From: Neoechinorhynchus agilis
Lineage: Eukaryota; Animalia; Acanthocephala
Length of the DNA: 47,131 bases
Assembly: GCA_051530055.1 (NCBI GenBank)
Contig: JBMGUZ010000017.1
Coordinates: 1 to 47,131 of the forward strand
Direction of reading: 5' to 3'
The notes under the pieces were generated by a model that had not been told where the DNA came from, made no database searches, and saw only the letters and a program-made list of their open reading frames with translations. Each line of letters opens with the position of its first letter. The stretch's first letter is position 1. Made by a program: the position numbers and the translations under genes. Below are positions 37,691-47,131 of the stretch, piece after piece.

Positions 37691-39309
37691 TGATATTTTT
37701 TCATTTTATCCAAACTTAAAATGATGAAGTACTGAGGTTTTCCCCCTTGCCCAGTGGCTTGGAATGGCAACCAACAGTGGATTCGTAATCTTTTTAGAAT
37801 TAAACCTTGTTTTATGCACCCAAATTTACAAGATTAAGTGCTGAGGTTTGCCGCTTTACCAGTGCTTTTTAATGAAAATGAGCAGTCGATTCTTCGCTTT
37901 ATTTTGGGAATCAACGAGAATTTTGAACAAATCACAATGCTCGCATTTACAAGTGGCAGTTTCAGTCTTTTTTATCTTTGTTGAAAAAATATCCAATTTC
38001 AAAAAAATAATTGTCACCTTTCGTTCAAATGTTAGCGTGATATTCACGGTGAACAGATTGGTGAATCATCTTACGAACGTTCTTTTAATTGTATTTTTGA
38101 CAAAAAAAGAACCGAAATCATCAGATGGTTAGAATCGGATTATTTAATTCCTTAAAAGAACAGCGAGTATTTCATGGTGCAACAATGAAGTCTTCATGAA
38201 CGTCAACCAAAAGACGACTCTTCAATTCCGCACAATCCTCATTAACGAACAAAAACGTATTGATTTTTGAAAATTTAAGCTTAGGGCTTTGTGAAGTTTG
38301 TCGATGGTTCAATTTTCTAACGGTCGAGATTTTCATGCCGTGGGACGATCATTAAAAGCGGTCGATTTATGCTTGAAATCTATATAATGATTGAAAGCGG
38401 TTAAAGAAAAATCAGGATAAATATCGGAGAATCGAAAAACTTAAAGACATTTAAGCTTGTAAGGTTTTTCACTTGCAATTTTTCTCATTGAACTTTACGC
38501 CGTGATAATGATATTAAAAATTGAATAATCACAACGACGGCAATGGTGTAAAGCGGCAAAATTCTTGGGATCGGGATACGACCACGATTTCGTGGCATTC
38601 GATTTCGAGCTCTTAAACTATTCGACGAATTGGGCCGCCGAATGAAGAAGGCGATTAAGTTTCTCGATCCTTTGTCCGACAGATCGAGAGCAGGATAATC
38701 TCAAATATCCCGGAGCTACAACGTTTCTTGAAGTCGTCCATTGTTAACATTGCCCGGATACCTTGGAATTGTTGAATAAAGTGACGCTCCGGAGTAGTAA
38801 ATATCGGCCTCTTTTTCTCAATAGATGGAAAATGGACACAGCAAAATCCATTTGTTTAAAAGTTACCGACGTCTTTCTTTGACACAAAATGCTACTAGGA
38901 AAGATTGATAGACACCTTGAGGAATTGCACAATCTTCTCGCAATAAAGATTTTTAGATTGGAAATAATCGATGCATCGGTGCCGTTTGTCGCATCAACCC
39001 GTTTTCTACTTCATTCTTCAATGTTAGTTGAATTCGCCTACTATTCCATCTTCTCGGGATTGCATTGGAGGCGATCGCTAAGGATGTTTCTGTGTTGTTA
39101 ACCGGAGCGGTCTAATAGTCAAAAATCGATTTGTTCGATTGAGGAAACGGCGGAATCTCTGCCTGTTTCAGCCTGCTGGCAGCGTAAGCTATGTCATACA
39201 TAATTCGACCAAGGAATTTCGAAAACGTTGATCCAAAGAAGTCCGAATAAACTGTACCTGGCAATTCGTACGGCCATAACTTCTAATCCCTCCAGTATGG
39301 CTCCCAAAA

Positions 39310-40200
39310 TCATATTGATATCGCATTATCCCAGCGTATGCAAACGTTTTCTTGCGTAGACCCTCAGGGATTTAACAAGAGTCAAGGTCGGCTGCCCTAT
39401 TCTACGCAAATCGATCATGGTCAATACGGATACACTGGCGCCGGTATAATATTCCATTGTGATTCCATTTATTTGGACATCTATTTTGGGAATATGATCC
39501 TGTCCTTCCGCTGTGTCGTGCACATCCGATATCGAATTCAGCTCTTCCAATTGACCTATAGGATTCCAAGATCGACAGCATGACCGCAAATGGCCCAGGC
39601 GCTGAAACTTGAAACACTTTATGTCTCTAGCTGGACAATTTTGTACGTTGTGTTCGAGTCAGCATCTTTCACACCGTCCTTTCCGATATTTTACTTCCTG
39701 ATAAAGTCTATTCCGTCGCTGTGGAATCTCATCGAGTTCGATGTGCTTATCCTTAAGTATAACTTGCTGCACTTCGATTAAGTCGGTCAGGGGTTCTCGA
39801 CCCACACTCCTTTCCTTCCACGACGTATCTTTCAACATTTCGAAAGTCTCACATATTTTGATCACATCGTTTAAGGAAGGTGCTTTCATTTAGTGAATTT
39901 TGTTCCTAACTTCCGCACATTTGTATATTTGAACTATTTCTCGTAAATTTGCAATCCAGTAAACATACGACTGACCGTTTTTCATTTCGCACCCAGGCTG
40001 AAAAAGGAGGAGGGTTGGCGTTAGGAAGGGCATCCGACTGTAAAATTCTTGCAAAATGTTGACCAAAATTTATTAAAGCGCCCTTGTATGCGATGCGCGA
40101 GTTCTTCGCTCGGAGCTTGTGTTAAATCACCAAGGGCTGCCGAGACACGGACGGTCTCGGCTAAAGGGAGCTGTTCAGCTCCTGCTGCTGTTCAGAGTTG
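39310..40200 (-). mobile_element. Decayed Ty3/gypsy (Mag-like) gag-protease fragment
   Basis: KNGQSYVYWIANLREI gag motif, PSLNDVIKICETFE, and INGITMEYYTGASVSVL (degenerate DTGASVS protease). Confidence 0.75.
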
Positions 40201-40335
40201 ATCGTCAAAAAAAAGGTTGCGCTGGCACAATAAAGTTTCGAAGTGCGAAGCAGATCACATACTGCGCAGCACGGATAGACTGACGAGGAAGGCCGAGGAA
40301 ACGAGGGTTAGATTGCATCAAACAAGATAAATTGG

Positions 40336-40873
40336 TTGTCGAGGGAATCGCAACCTCTCAAGAGAGAATATAAATTAGCGAGTGAGAATACGGAGGGAGT
40401 AGTAAACGAAGTTTTGGTTAATGCACATGCGCTTAAGAGAAGTATAGATGTGGAAGCACAACTGACCCGAGTGAGAGCAAAGAAAGTCAATGGTTACTCA
40501 AAGGACTCCCTAAGCTTTCGACTGGAAACCAATATGTATACATACGACGAATTTTTTGGCATACGTGGCGTTGTGCCTTCTTCGGAAAACTTCTCAGTCA
40601 GCTCTCATGTCAAATGTTTTAAGGAAGATAATGGAAGAGATGGGCGGAGATGCCAAATTCTTGATCCTCCACTATCGGCATGCCCTGGTTCGGTGTGCCC
40701 TCTGTGAAAACAGTAGGCTACCGTGTGAGGGTTGCTTACAATATTTGAAGGTACATCCTGACGCAGTTGTTTGGCGAGTGAGAGACACTATGGTGGATCT
40801 TCGAACTTACCAAAAGAAGTATCAAGATTTGTTCGGGACCTTTGCGGCGAGTGTGCCAGATGGAAATTGTTGA
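40336..40873 (+). pseudogene. Unidentified frameshifted ORF fragments with a CxxC-x6-CxxC motif
   Basis: Two overlapping ORFs (40336-40707, 40556-40873); CALCENSRLPCEGC; no family recognised. Confidence 0.3.
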
Positions 40874-40899
40874 ACGTAGGCAACGAAACGGGGAACAGT

Positions 40900-41300
40900 G
40901 TTTCTATCAGTGGATCCTCTCATCATTATCGACCAGAGTAGGACGGAAAGCGTTAGACCGGTTCTGTATCCGCAAATGGGGTGCCCGCGACTCCTTTGCT
41001 TTTCGAAGACCACCTCATTTGGTCCGAAAGAGGAGTGCAGCAAGGAGATCCTTTCGGTCCAATCGCATTCTCCATAACAGTAAAGAGGTGATTCCTCCGT
41101 TGTACTGCGCGATTCGAAGACGCTGATTAGGGAGATCTCGAAAATTAGCATTGAGCTCAGTGCTGGAAAGTGTGAGCTCCTAGTATTAAAGACAAAATAC
41201 CTCGCTTGCGTTACAAAGAGGCAATGCTGCTAGCGTGATAGCGACAGCCGAGGAAGGAGAGAAGCTCAAATTTTGTAGACGTTGGTGATTGCACGTTTTG
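40900..41300 (+). mobile_element. Internally deleted CRE-like non-LTR retrotransposon (RT motifs plus RLE C-terminus)
   Basis: SERGVQQGDPFGPIAFSITV; IELSAGKCEL; QNTSLALQRGNAASVIATAEEG. Confidence 0.85.
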
Positions 41301-41323
41301 TACTTTATTATTAGATTGCAGCT

Positions 41324-43170
41324 GTGTTTGACCCGAAATTTTTCTCAACCAAGGATATAGTTGCGCCAGAGGCCGACTTATCCGAGATTGAGGAACCAAC
41401 AACTTTCTCAAGTTTGGCAGAAGTAGATTTGAGGACACCAGATTGGCTGTGCGGTGAGTTGCCAGAGGCACTCAAGCGCAATTTACCAGCCCTTTGGAAT
41501 CTGAAAGATAATGACGGTGGATTAAAACTGTCGCTTTCTTTGATTTACAACTTCGAGCAGGGTGGAAAAGTGTGGAATCGGGATATAGAGATTAGATTTT
41601 CAATGGTGGATACAGATGTGAGATGTCGATATGTGAGCAGCGGCGAAACGACGGCAGAATACGCACCCCTGGTGCTGTTGGAGCTGTGTTGTGGATTGGC
41701 GGATATAGTCAGGGACGGGGCATGGCTGCAGGCCCTTAAGAACACGATCCAGTTCATTGGAGGAGTGAGGGCGCAAGATTACTCGCCGGGGCACGCGAAG
41801 GCAGTCCAAGCTCTTGTAGGTCGACAGGTCCAGCCAGAACGCCTAGTAATGAGGGTGGCAGCCATCTTTTGCGCGCAGGCACTAAGAGAATCAGGAACGC
41901 AATTCGAGCGAAGGTTGCGTTGGGTTAGGAATATTAGATGGACGAATATGAACAACAGCATGGCGCATGGGGACCTGCTTTTGCAAGCAGTGTCGAGAAG
42001 ATCAGATGTGATTTATGTACCGGCGGAGGTGGGAGATCCTAGAACAGCGCTTGCGGCAGTTGGCCTGGCAGCGAGTGATGCTTTCCCTTTCCGGGGAATG
42101 TTACTTGGCAGAACAGCTTGGCCCAACATAAACAACCCGGTTGTTGCTTACTGCAGGACATTGGACTGTGATTACGATCTAGAGGACATCGCGCTCCCAT
42201 CACGTACGCTTTGGGATATATACTATAGAATGTGTCATCATTACGGATGGACACAATTGTGGTGGAATATGGTTCGTGGAGTCATGTTTGATGGGATGCG
42301 GTTAGAAAACATGGGTTTCCATCGCGGAGTAAATGATTATGTTCAGAGGTTGCCTGACTCGGACTTATCTCCCCTCGGCTTAGGCCCGTTGCTGGAGCAA
42401 TACAAACCAATGGATTCGACGGCTGGCCCGCGAGGAGACCAGTTGATACGGGAGGCGATGATGCGTCACATATTACTATCGAGCTGTTACGCGGAAGCGA
42501 CCCAGTGTACAGGATGGCAACATGTGTCAATGGGATTGGGCGGCAGGGTGGCCAATTCGTTGCTGTTGCGCGATTTCAATAATCAAGAAGGATGCATAAC
42601 TGGGCGGGTAGCGGATTCACTGGCCAAGAGAGCTGGCTGGCAGCAGGCAATTCCGGGCTGGCATCTGCAAAGAGAGTTGGTGCACCTGAATACTCAAGTG
42701 GATGACACTACAGACTGGGATTTTCAACACCAGAAATCTCATCAGCGAAGATCGTTCTGGATGGCTTCGAGGTACAAAATGCAGATACGGTCGCTGGCAA
42801 ATGGGTGACGGTGAGAGCAGTGCATGGGTATGACCCCAGGCTTGCGAACTTGGCTTTACAGGCCCTTGGGACGGCCATTGAGTACAGGAGGACCTGGTCG
42901 GATTCGGGGAGAAGTGAACACATTGTCCAAAGAAGGCCCAACAGGGATGATTTCTGGCTCCGGTTTGTTCTGTATTTGCCATCAACATATGTGGGCCATG
43001 GTCACATTGACGTGCTGTTGACCCGCGTCGCGAGCTTCCATGAAACTCTCCAGCAGCTGCATCTTTTCAAATGTTTCGGACGCGCAGAGAAATGGGTTTC
43101 AACGCCTCAGGGTGCAGCCCATGCCTCAGCAATTCCAACGCATTGGGACACATTCGGCCCCCCGCCGGGC
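41324..43170 (+). other. Putative endogenous viral element copy 1 (capsid-like ORF, one 37-nt deletion, 3'-truncated)
   Basis: Intronless, visibly GC-richer than host genes, about 95% amino-acid identical to 44215-46689 by manual count; frameshift near 42719; ends at GPPP followed by TAAA repeats. Viral identity is inferred. Confidence 0.6.
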
Positions 43171-43610
43171 CTTGATAATAAATAAATAAATAGAATTCAA
43201 TTACAGGAACTCTGAATTATCTGACTATTCAGCTCTACACAAAATTCATAAACGAGAGCAATAATGATTTATCCAATTGTATCGCTGGAAAGATGTGCCA
43301 ACTCGATTTTAATAGAAGAAAAGCTTTGTCAATTAGTGGAATCTTGCAATTTCGGATTAACTGGGCCGGAAAAATTTACAAAGAAGATCGAAAAAGCGAA
43401 TGTTGCATGTAAGGTTAGGAAAAGCAGCAGCTGCGGCAATTGAAGAATGTCGTGTGGCCAAAGTAGGCTACGAGGAGCTTAACCTTTCAATCACGGGACA
43501 GAAGTATGGATGTTGTTCAGGGATTGTTCGAAACGGGAGAAACAGGCTATTAATTAACTTGGCAGGTGGGGTGCAAAACTTTCCCTGCAATTCAATTGAT
43601 AATAAATTGA

Positions 43611-44141
43611 AAAAATGATGAGTCTTATGACGTAAGAAATGTTTATTTGTTGTACGGATTACACATCCACGACATATGAGAAGTCCACGGTCTCTGCGGA
43701 GTAAGTCGCGGAGTGTACGGATGGTGAGAGAATTATTTCAAAAAGGTCTGGGCAACGAGGAGCAAGAAAAGTGCGACGTCCACTGCGACGCTCTTCACGC
43801 CGAACGCGACCTCAAACTACCGATGAACGCAGCTTAACTCTGTAGATAAAATTCCAATTTCAAATGGACGATTCCGGTGATTTAACTAAAGTCGAATAAA
43901 ATGTGTGTTTTCGACTAATTTTTATCGTAAAACGATCTAAAATTGTAAAAATGATGAGTCTTATGACGTAACAAAAGTTTATTTGTTGTACGGATTACAC
44001 ATCCACGACATATGAGAAGTCCACGGTCTCTGCGGAGTAAGTCGCGGAGTTTACGGATGGTGAGAGAATTATTTCAAAAAGGTCTGGGCAACGAGGAGCA
44101 AGAAACGTGCGACGTTAACTGCTTCGCTCTTCACGCCGAAC
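43611..44141. repeat. Direct repeat pair of 195 bp (43611-43805 and 43947-44141)
   Basis: Near-identical sequences beginning AAAAATGATGAGTCTTATGACGTAA. Confidence 0.93.
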
Positions 44142-44214
44142 TCCAACTTTGTCCATTCAAACAAAGAAATTTCTCATTATAGCTTGAAAAAACTGCCACA
44201 ACCAACAACTCAAA

Positions 44215-46689
44215 ATGATGAATCGACGATTTGAACCGAAATTTTTCTCCACTAAGGATATTGTTGCGCCAGAGGCCGACCTATCCGAGGTTGAGGAGCC
44301 AACTACCTTTTCGAGTCTGGCTGAAGTGGACCTAAGGACGCCAGATTGGCTGTGCGGCGAGTTGCCAGAGGCACTCAAGCGCAATCTCCCAGCTCTCTGG
44401 AATTTGAAAGACAATGAAGGCGGGCTGAAGTTATCACTTTCTTTGATCTACAATTTTGAACAAGGAGGGAAAGTTTGGAACCGAGATATCGAAATCATAT
44501 TTGGCATGGTGGACACAGGTGTGCGGTGTCGCTACGTAAGCAGTGGAGAGACAACAGCTGAATATGCACCCTTAGTCTTACTGGAACTGTGTTGTGGACT
44601 AGCGGACATTGTTAGGGATGGAGCGTGGCTACAGGCCCTTAAGAACACGAGCCAGTTCATTGGAGGAGTGAGGGCGCAAGATTACTCGCCGGGGCACGCG
44701 AAGGCAGTGCAAGCTCTAGTGGGCCGACAAGTTCAACCGGAACGATTTGTGATGAGAATGGCGGCCATTTTCTGCGCACAGGCCTTGAGAGAGTCGGGGA
44801 CACATTTTGAGCGGAGGTTGGGCTGGGTCAGGAACATTCGGTGGATGAATGTCAATAACAGTATGGCTCACGGGGACCTGCTTCTGCAAGCAGTGTCAAG
44901 GCGATCGGACGTGATCTACGTGCCGGCTGAAGTGGGAGATCCCAGGACAGCACTTGCAGCGGTTGGACTGGCGGCGAGCGATGCCTTCCCCTTTCGAGGG
45001 ATGCTATTGGGCAGGACGGCTTGGCCAAACATCAACAATCCGGTGGTTGCTTATTGTAGAACGCTAGACTGCGATTATGATCTTGAGGATATTGGACTTC
45101 CGTCGCGCACGCTCTGGGACATATATTACAGAATGTGTCACCACTATGGATGGACACAGCTGTGGTGGAACATGGTCCGTGGGGTCATGTTCGACGGAAT
45201 GCGCCTTGAAAATGTGGGATTTCACCGTGGCGTGAACGACTATGTGCAAAGGTTGCCCGACTCAGATTTATCAGCCCTAGGCTTGGGGCCATTGTTGGAA
45301 CAATACAAGCCCATGGACTCTAGAGCCGGCCCACGGGGAGATCAACTAATACGGGAGGCAATGATGCGTCATATATTGTTGTCGAGTTGCTATGCTGAAG
45401 CCACCCATTGCACAGGGTGGCAACATGTGTCGATGGGACTAGGCGGCAGGGTAGCCAATTCCCTTCTGCTGCGGGACTTCAACAATCACGAAGGCTGTAT
45501 CACTGGGAGAGTCGCGGACTCGTTGGCAAAGAGAGCTGGCTGGCAGCATGCAATCCCGGGCTGGCACCTACAAAGAGAATTGGTGCATCTGAACACACAG
45601 GTGGAAGACATAACGGATTGGGCGAGCTACCTCCCTTGGCATGTGGCCTCAATGATGGGATTCTCAACGCCAGAGATTTCATCCGCAAAAATCGTATTAG
45701 ACGGCTTCGAGGTGCAGAATGCGGACGCGGTGGCAGGTAAATGGGTAACAGTGAAGGCAGTGCACGGTTACGATCCCCGGCTAGCAAACTTAGCTTTACA
45801 GGCACTCGGGACAGCCATAGAATACAGAAGGACCTGGTCCGACTCAGGGAGAAGCGAACATATTGTGCAAAGACGGCCGAATAGAGACGACTTCTGGCTT
45901 CGATTCGTTCCATATCTACCATCAACCTACGTGGGTCATGGGCACATTGACGTGTTGCTAACGCGAGTGGCAAGTTTCCATGAAACTCTGCAGCAACTGC
46001 ACCTGTTCAAGTGTTTTGGACGTGCAGAAAAATGGGTCTCAACACCTCAAGGCGCAGCTCATGCTTCGGCACTCCCAACCCACTGGGACACGTTTGGTCC
46101 TCCGCCCCTGGAAGGACCCAACCGTCCTCACCGAAGGAAAGGAGATCAGCAAGGACCGCCACCACCACCAGAGAAACGAACAGCCACACAAAAGCGCAAC
46201 ATGACCAAACCTCTTGGAGACACCGATAAGCAACAACTAAGGGAGTTTGAGACGCCGGCACCTGAGACGCCTGAAGAGCAACAGCGGAGAAAGCCGAGCG
46301 TGGAAACTGACCTGCCTGCAGTTGAGGAAGAGTTAAGCTCATCGGATGCAGAATCAATGCCCGCGCCGCAAATGGGCCCTAATCCAAATTTGCAGGAGGG
46401 CACAGCAAGTGAAGAGCAGGAATCATTGACCCACGGACCGACATTTGAGGAAACACAGATTGACGTGTTGAGGAGCGTGCGGGGAGTAGATCCTGAGTTG
46501 ATTGACGCTCTGTATATGGCAATAGGCCCTAGGGGAGTAGAGGACACAGAGGATGAACTCAGGGGCAAGGCGGAACTCAAGCTGCAAACCACATTCTTTG
46601 ACGCAGGCTGGCTCGAGCAGCTGCGGAGAATAGAAATGGAAGACAGGCCTAAGGCAGCACGAGCTATTGCTGCGGGACTTCAACAATGA
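44215..46689 (+). CDS. Putative endogenous viral element copy 2: intact 824-aa ORF, capsid-like body plus Pro-rich/acidic tail
   Basis: Uninterrupted ORF with an ATG in A-rich context, no introns, no cellular or transposon domain recognised. The size and Pro-rich tail resemble toti-like/victorivirus capsids (inference). Confidence 0.6.
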   Translation: MMNRRFEPKFFSTKDIVAPEADLSEVEEPTTFSSLAEVDLRTPDWLCGELPEALKRNLPALWNLKDNEGGLKLSLSLIYNFEQGGKVWNRDIEIIFGMVDTGVRCRYVSSGETTAEYAPLVLLELCCGLADIVRDGAWLQALKNTSQFIGGVRAQDYSPGHAKAVQALVGRQVQPERFVMRMAAIFCAQALRESGTHFERRLGWVRNIRWMNVNNSMAHGDLLLQAVSRRSDVIYVPAEVGDPRTALAAVGLAASDAFPFRGMLLGRTAWPNINNPVVAYCRTLDCDYDLEDIGLPSRTLWDIYYRMCHHYGWTQLWWNMVRGVMFDGMRLENVGFHRGVNDYVQRLPDSDLSALGLGPLLEQYKPMDSRAGPRGDQLIREAMMRHILLSSCYAEATHCTGWQHVSMGLGGRVANSLLLRDFNNHEGCITGRVADSLAKRAGWQHAIPGWHLQRELVHLNTQVEDITDWASYLPWHVASMMGFSTPEISSAKIVLDGFEVQNADAVAGKWVTVKAVHGYDPRLANLALQALGTAIEYRRTWSDSGRSEHIVQRRPNRDDFWLRFVPYLPSTYVGHGHIDVLLTRVASFHETLQQLHLFKCFGRAEKWVSTPQGAAHASALPTHWDTFGPPPLEGPNRPHRRKGDQQGPPPPPEKRTATQKRNMTKPLGDTDKQQLREFETPAPETPEEQQRRKPSVETDLPAVEEELSSSDAESMPAPQMGPNPNLQEGTASEEQESLTHGPTFEETQIDVLRSVRGVDPELIDALYMAIGPRGVEDTEDELRGKAELKLQTTFFDAGWLEQLRRIEMEDRPKAARAIAAGLQQ

Positions 46690-46970
46690 CGAAGGCTGTA
46701 TCACTGGGAGAGTCGCAGACTCGTTGGCAAAGAGAGCTGGTTGGCAGCACGCGATCCCGGGCTGGCACCTACAAAGAGAATTGGTGCATCTGAACACACA
46801 GGTGGAAGACACAACGGATTTGCAATGCTTGTTGTTGTTGAGGTTCAGTGGAGACGGGTTCATTAGTGCTGATTTCGATGAGATGGGCAAGATTAAGTGC
46901 GCGTTGGTGAGACAACGGGAGAATACGCTCCCCTGGTGTTGCTGGAGCTCTGCTGTGGATTGGCATGCGG
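46668..46970 (+). pseudogene. Two further EVE stubs: duplicate of 45468-45618 (46668-46820) and a more diverged N-terminal piece (about 46880-46965)
   Basis: LLRDFNNDEGCITGRVADSLAKRAGWQHAIPGWHLQRELVHLNTQVEDTTD; GETTGEYAPLVLLELCCGLA. Confidence 0.8.
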
Positions 46971-47131
46971 CTGTCTCGGATCAAAAAGTTTTAAATGTTG
47001 ACCGAGAAGGCTGTGTGCGGCAGGATGGGAATTCCATTCTTTCTAGCGCGAAAGCTGGGAGGACCCGCCAGCCTCGGGGGAAAAATAGATCCTGAGCAGT
47101 GGAGCAGGCAAAGGAAAAACAGAGATTTACC

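Noticed and set aside
38540-38700. Possible sixth CRE remnant (DFVAFDFE...ALKLFDELGRRMKKA)
   Set aside because: The QRGNA motif is missing; too degenerate to support.
43611-43805. Box C/D snoRNA (ATGATGA start)
   Set aside because: No terminal D box (CTGA) or terminal stem found.
45408-46890. Alternative-frame and antisense ORFs within the EVE
   Set aside because: Expected shadows in GC-richer coding DNA; not preserved as equivalent ORFs in copy 1.
46980-47005. TTTAAAT slippery site or ATG/TGA stop-restart signal
   Set aside because: The heptamer is in the wrong phase for a productive -1 shift and follows an N-terminal stub, not a capsid C-terminus.

Overview
Eukaryotic, probably animal, nuclear DNA from a compact AT-rich genome with highly divergent proteins and short GT-AG introns of about 45-55 nt. 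The animal call is inferred from the RECQL5 (SRI domain) and UBR1/2 architectures. Host genes: ENY2, SNIP1, CWC15, a BET1-like SNARE, RPP30, UBR1/2, a RECQL5 whose helicase motifs are all destroyed, and a GATA-like zinc-finger exon. Between them lie a decayed Ty3/gypsy element with LTR and tRNA-Trp PBS, L2/CR1-type LINE pieces, at least five remnants of CRE-like (RLE) non-LTR elements, several long near-perfect hairpins, a 208-bp satellite, and two tandem arrays amplified from adjacent host coding sequence. The right end (39.3-47.1 kb) is a cluster of retroelement fragments plus two long copies and two stubs of an intronless, GC-richer ORF that I interpret as an endogenised viral (possibly toti-like dsRNA virus) capsid gene; that identity is not confirmed. 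Most notable: the putative EVE cluster and its junctions, the pseudo-helicase RECQL5, exon-derived satellites, and a splice acceptor just upstream of every host ATG (possible SL trans-splicing/operon). All homology calls come from manual motif recognition and remembered consensus sequences, not database searches; repeat boundaries are approximate.
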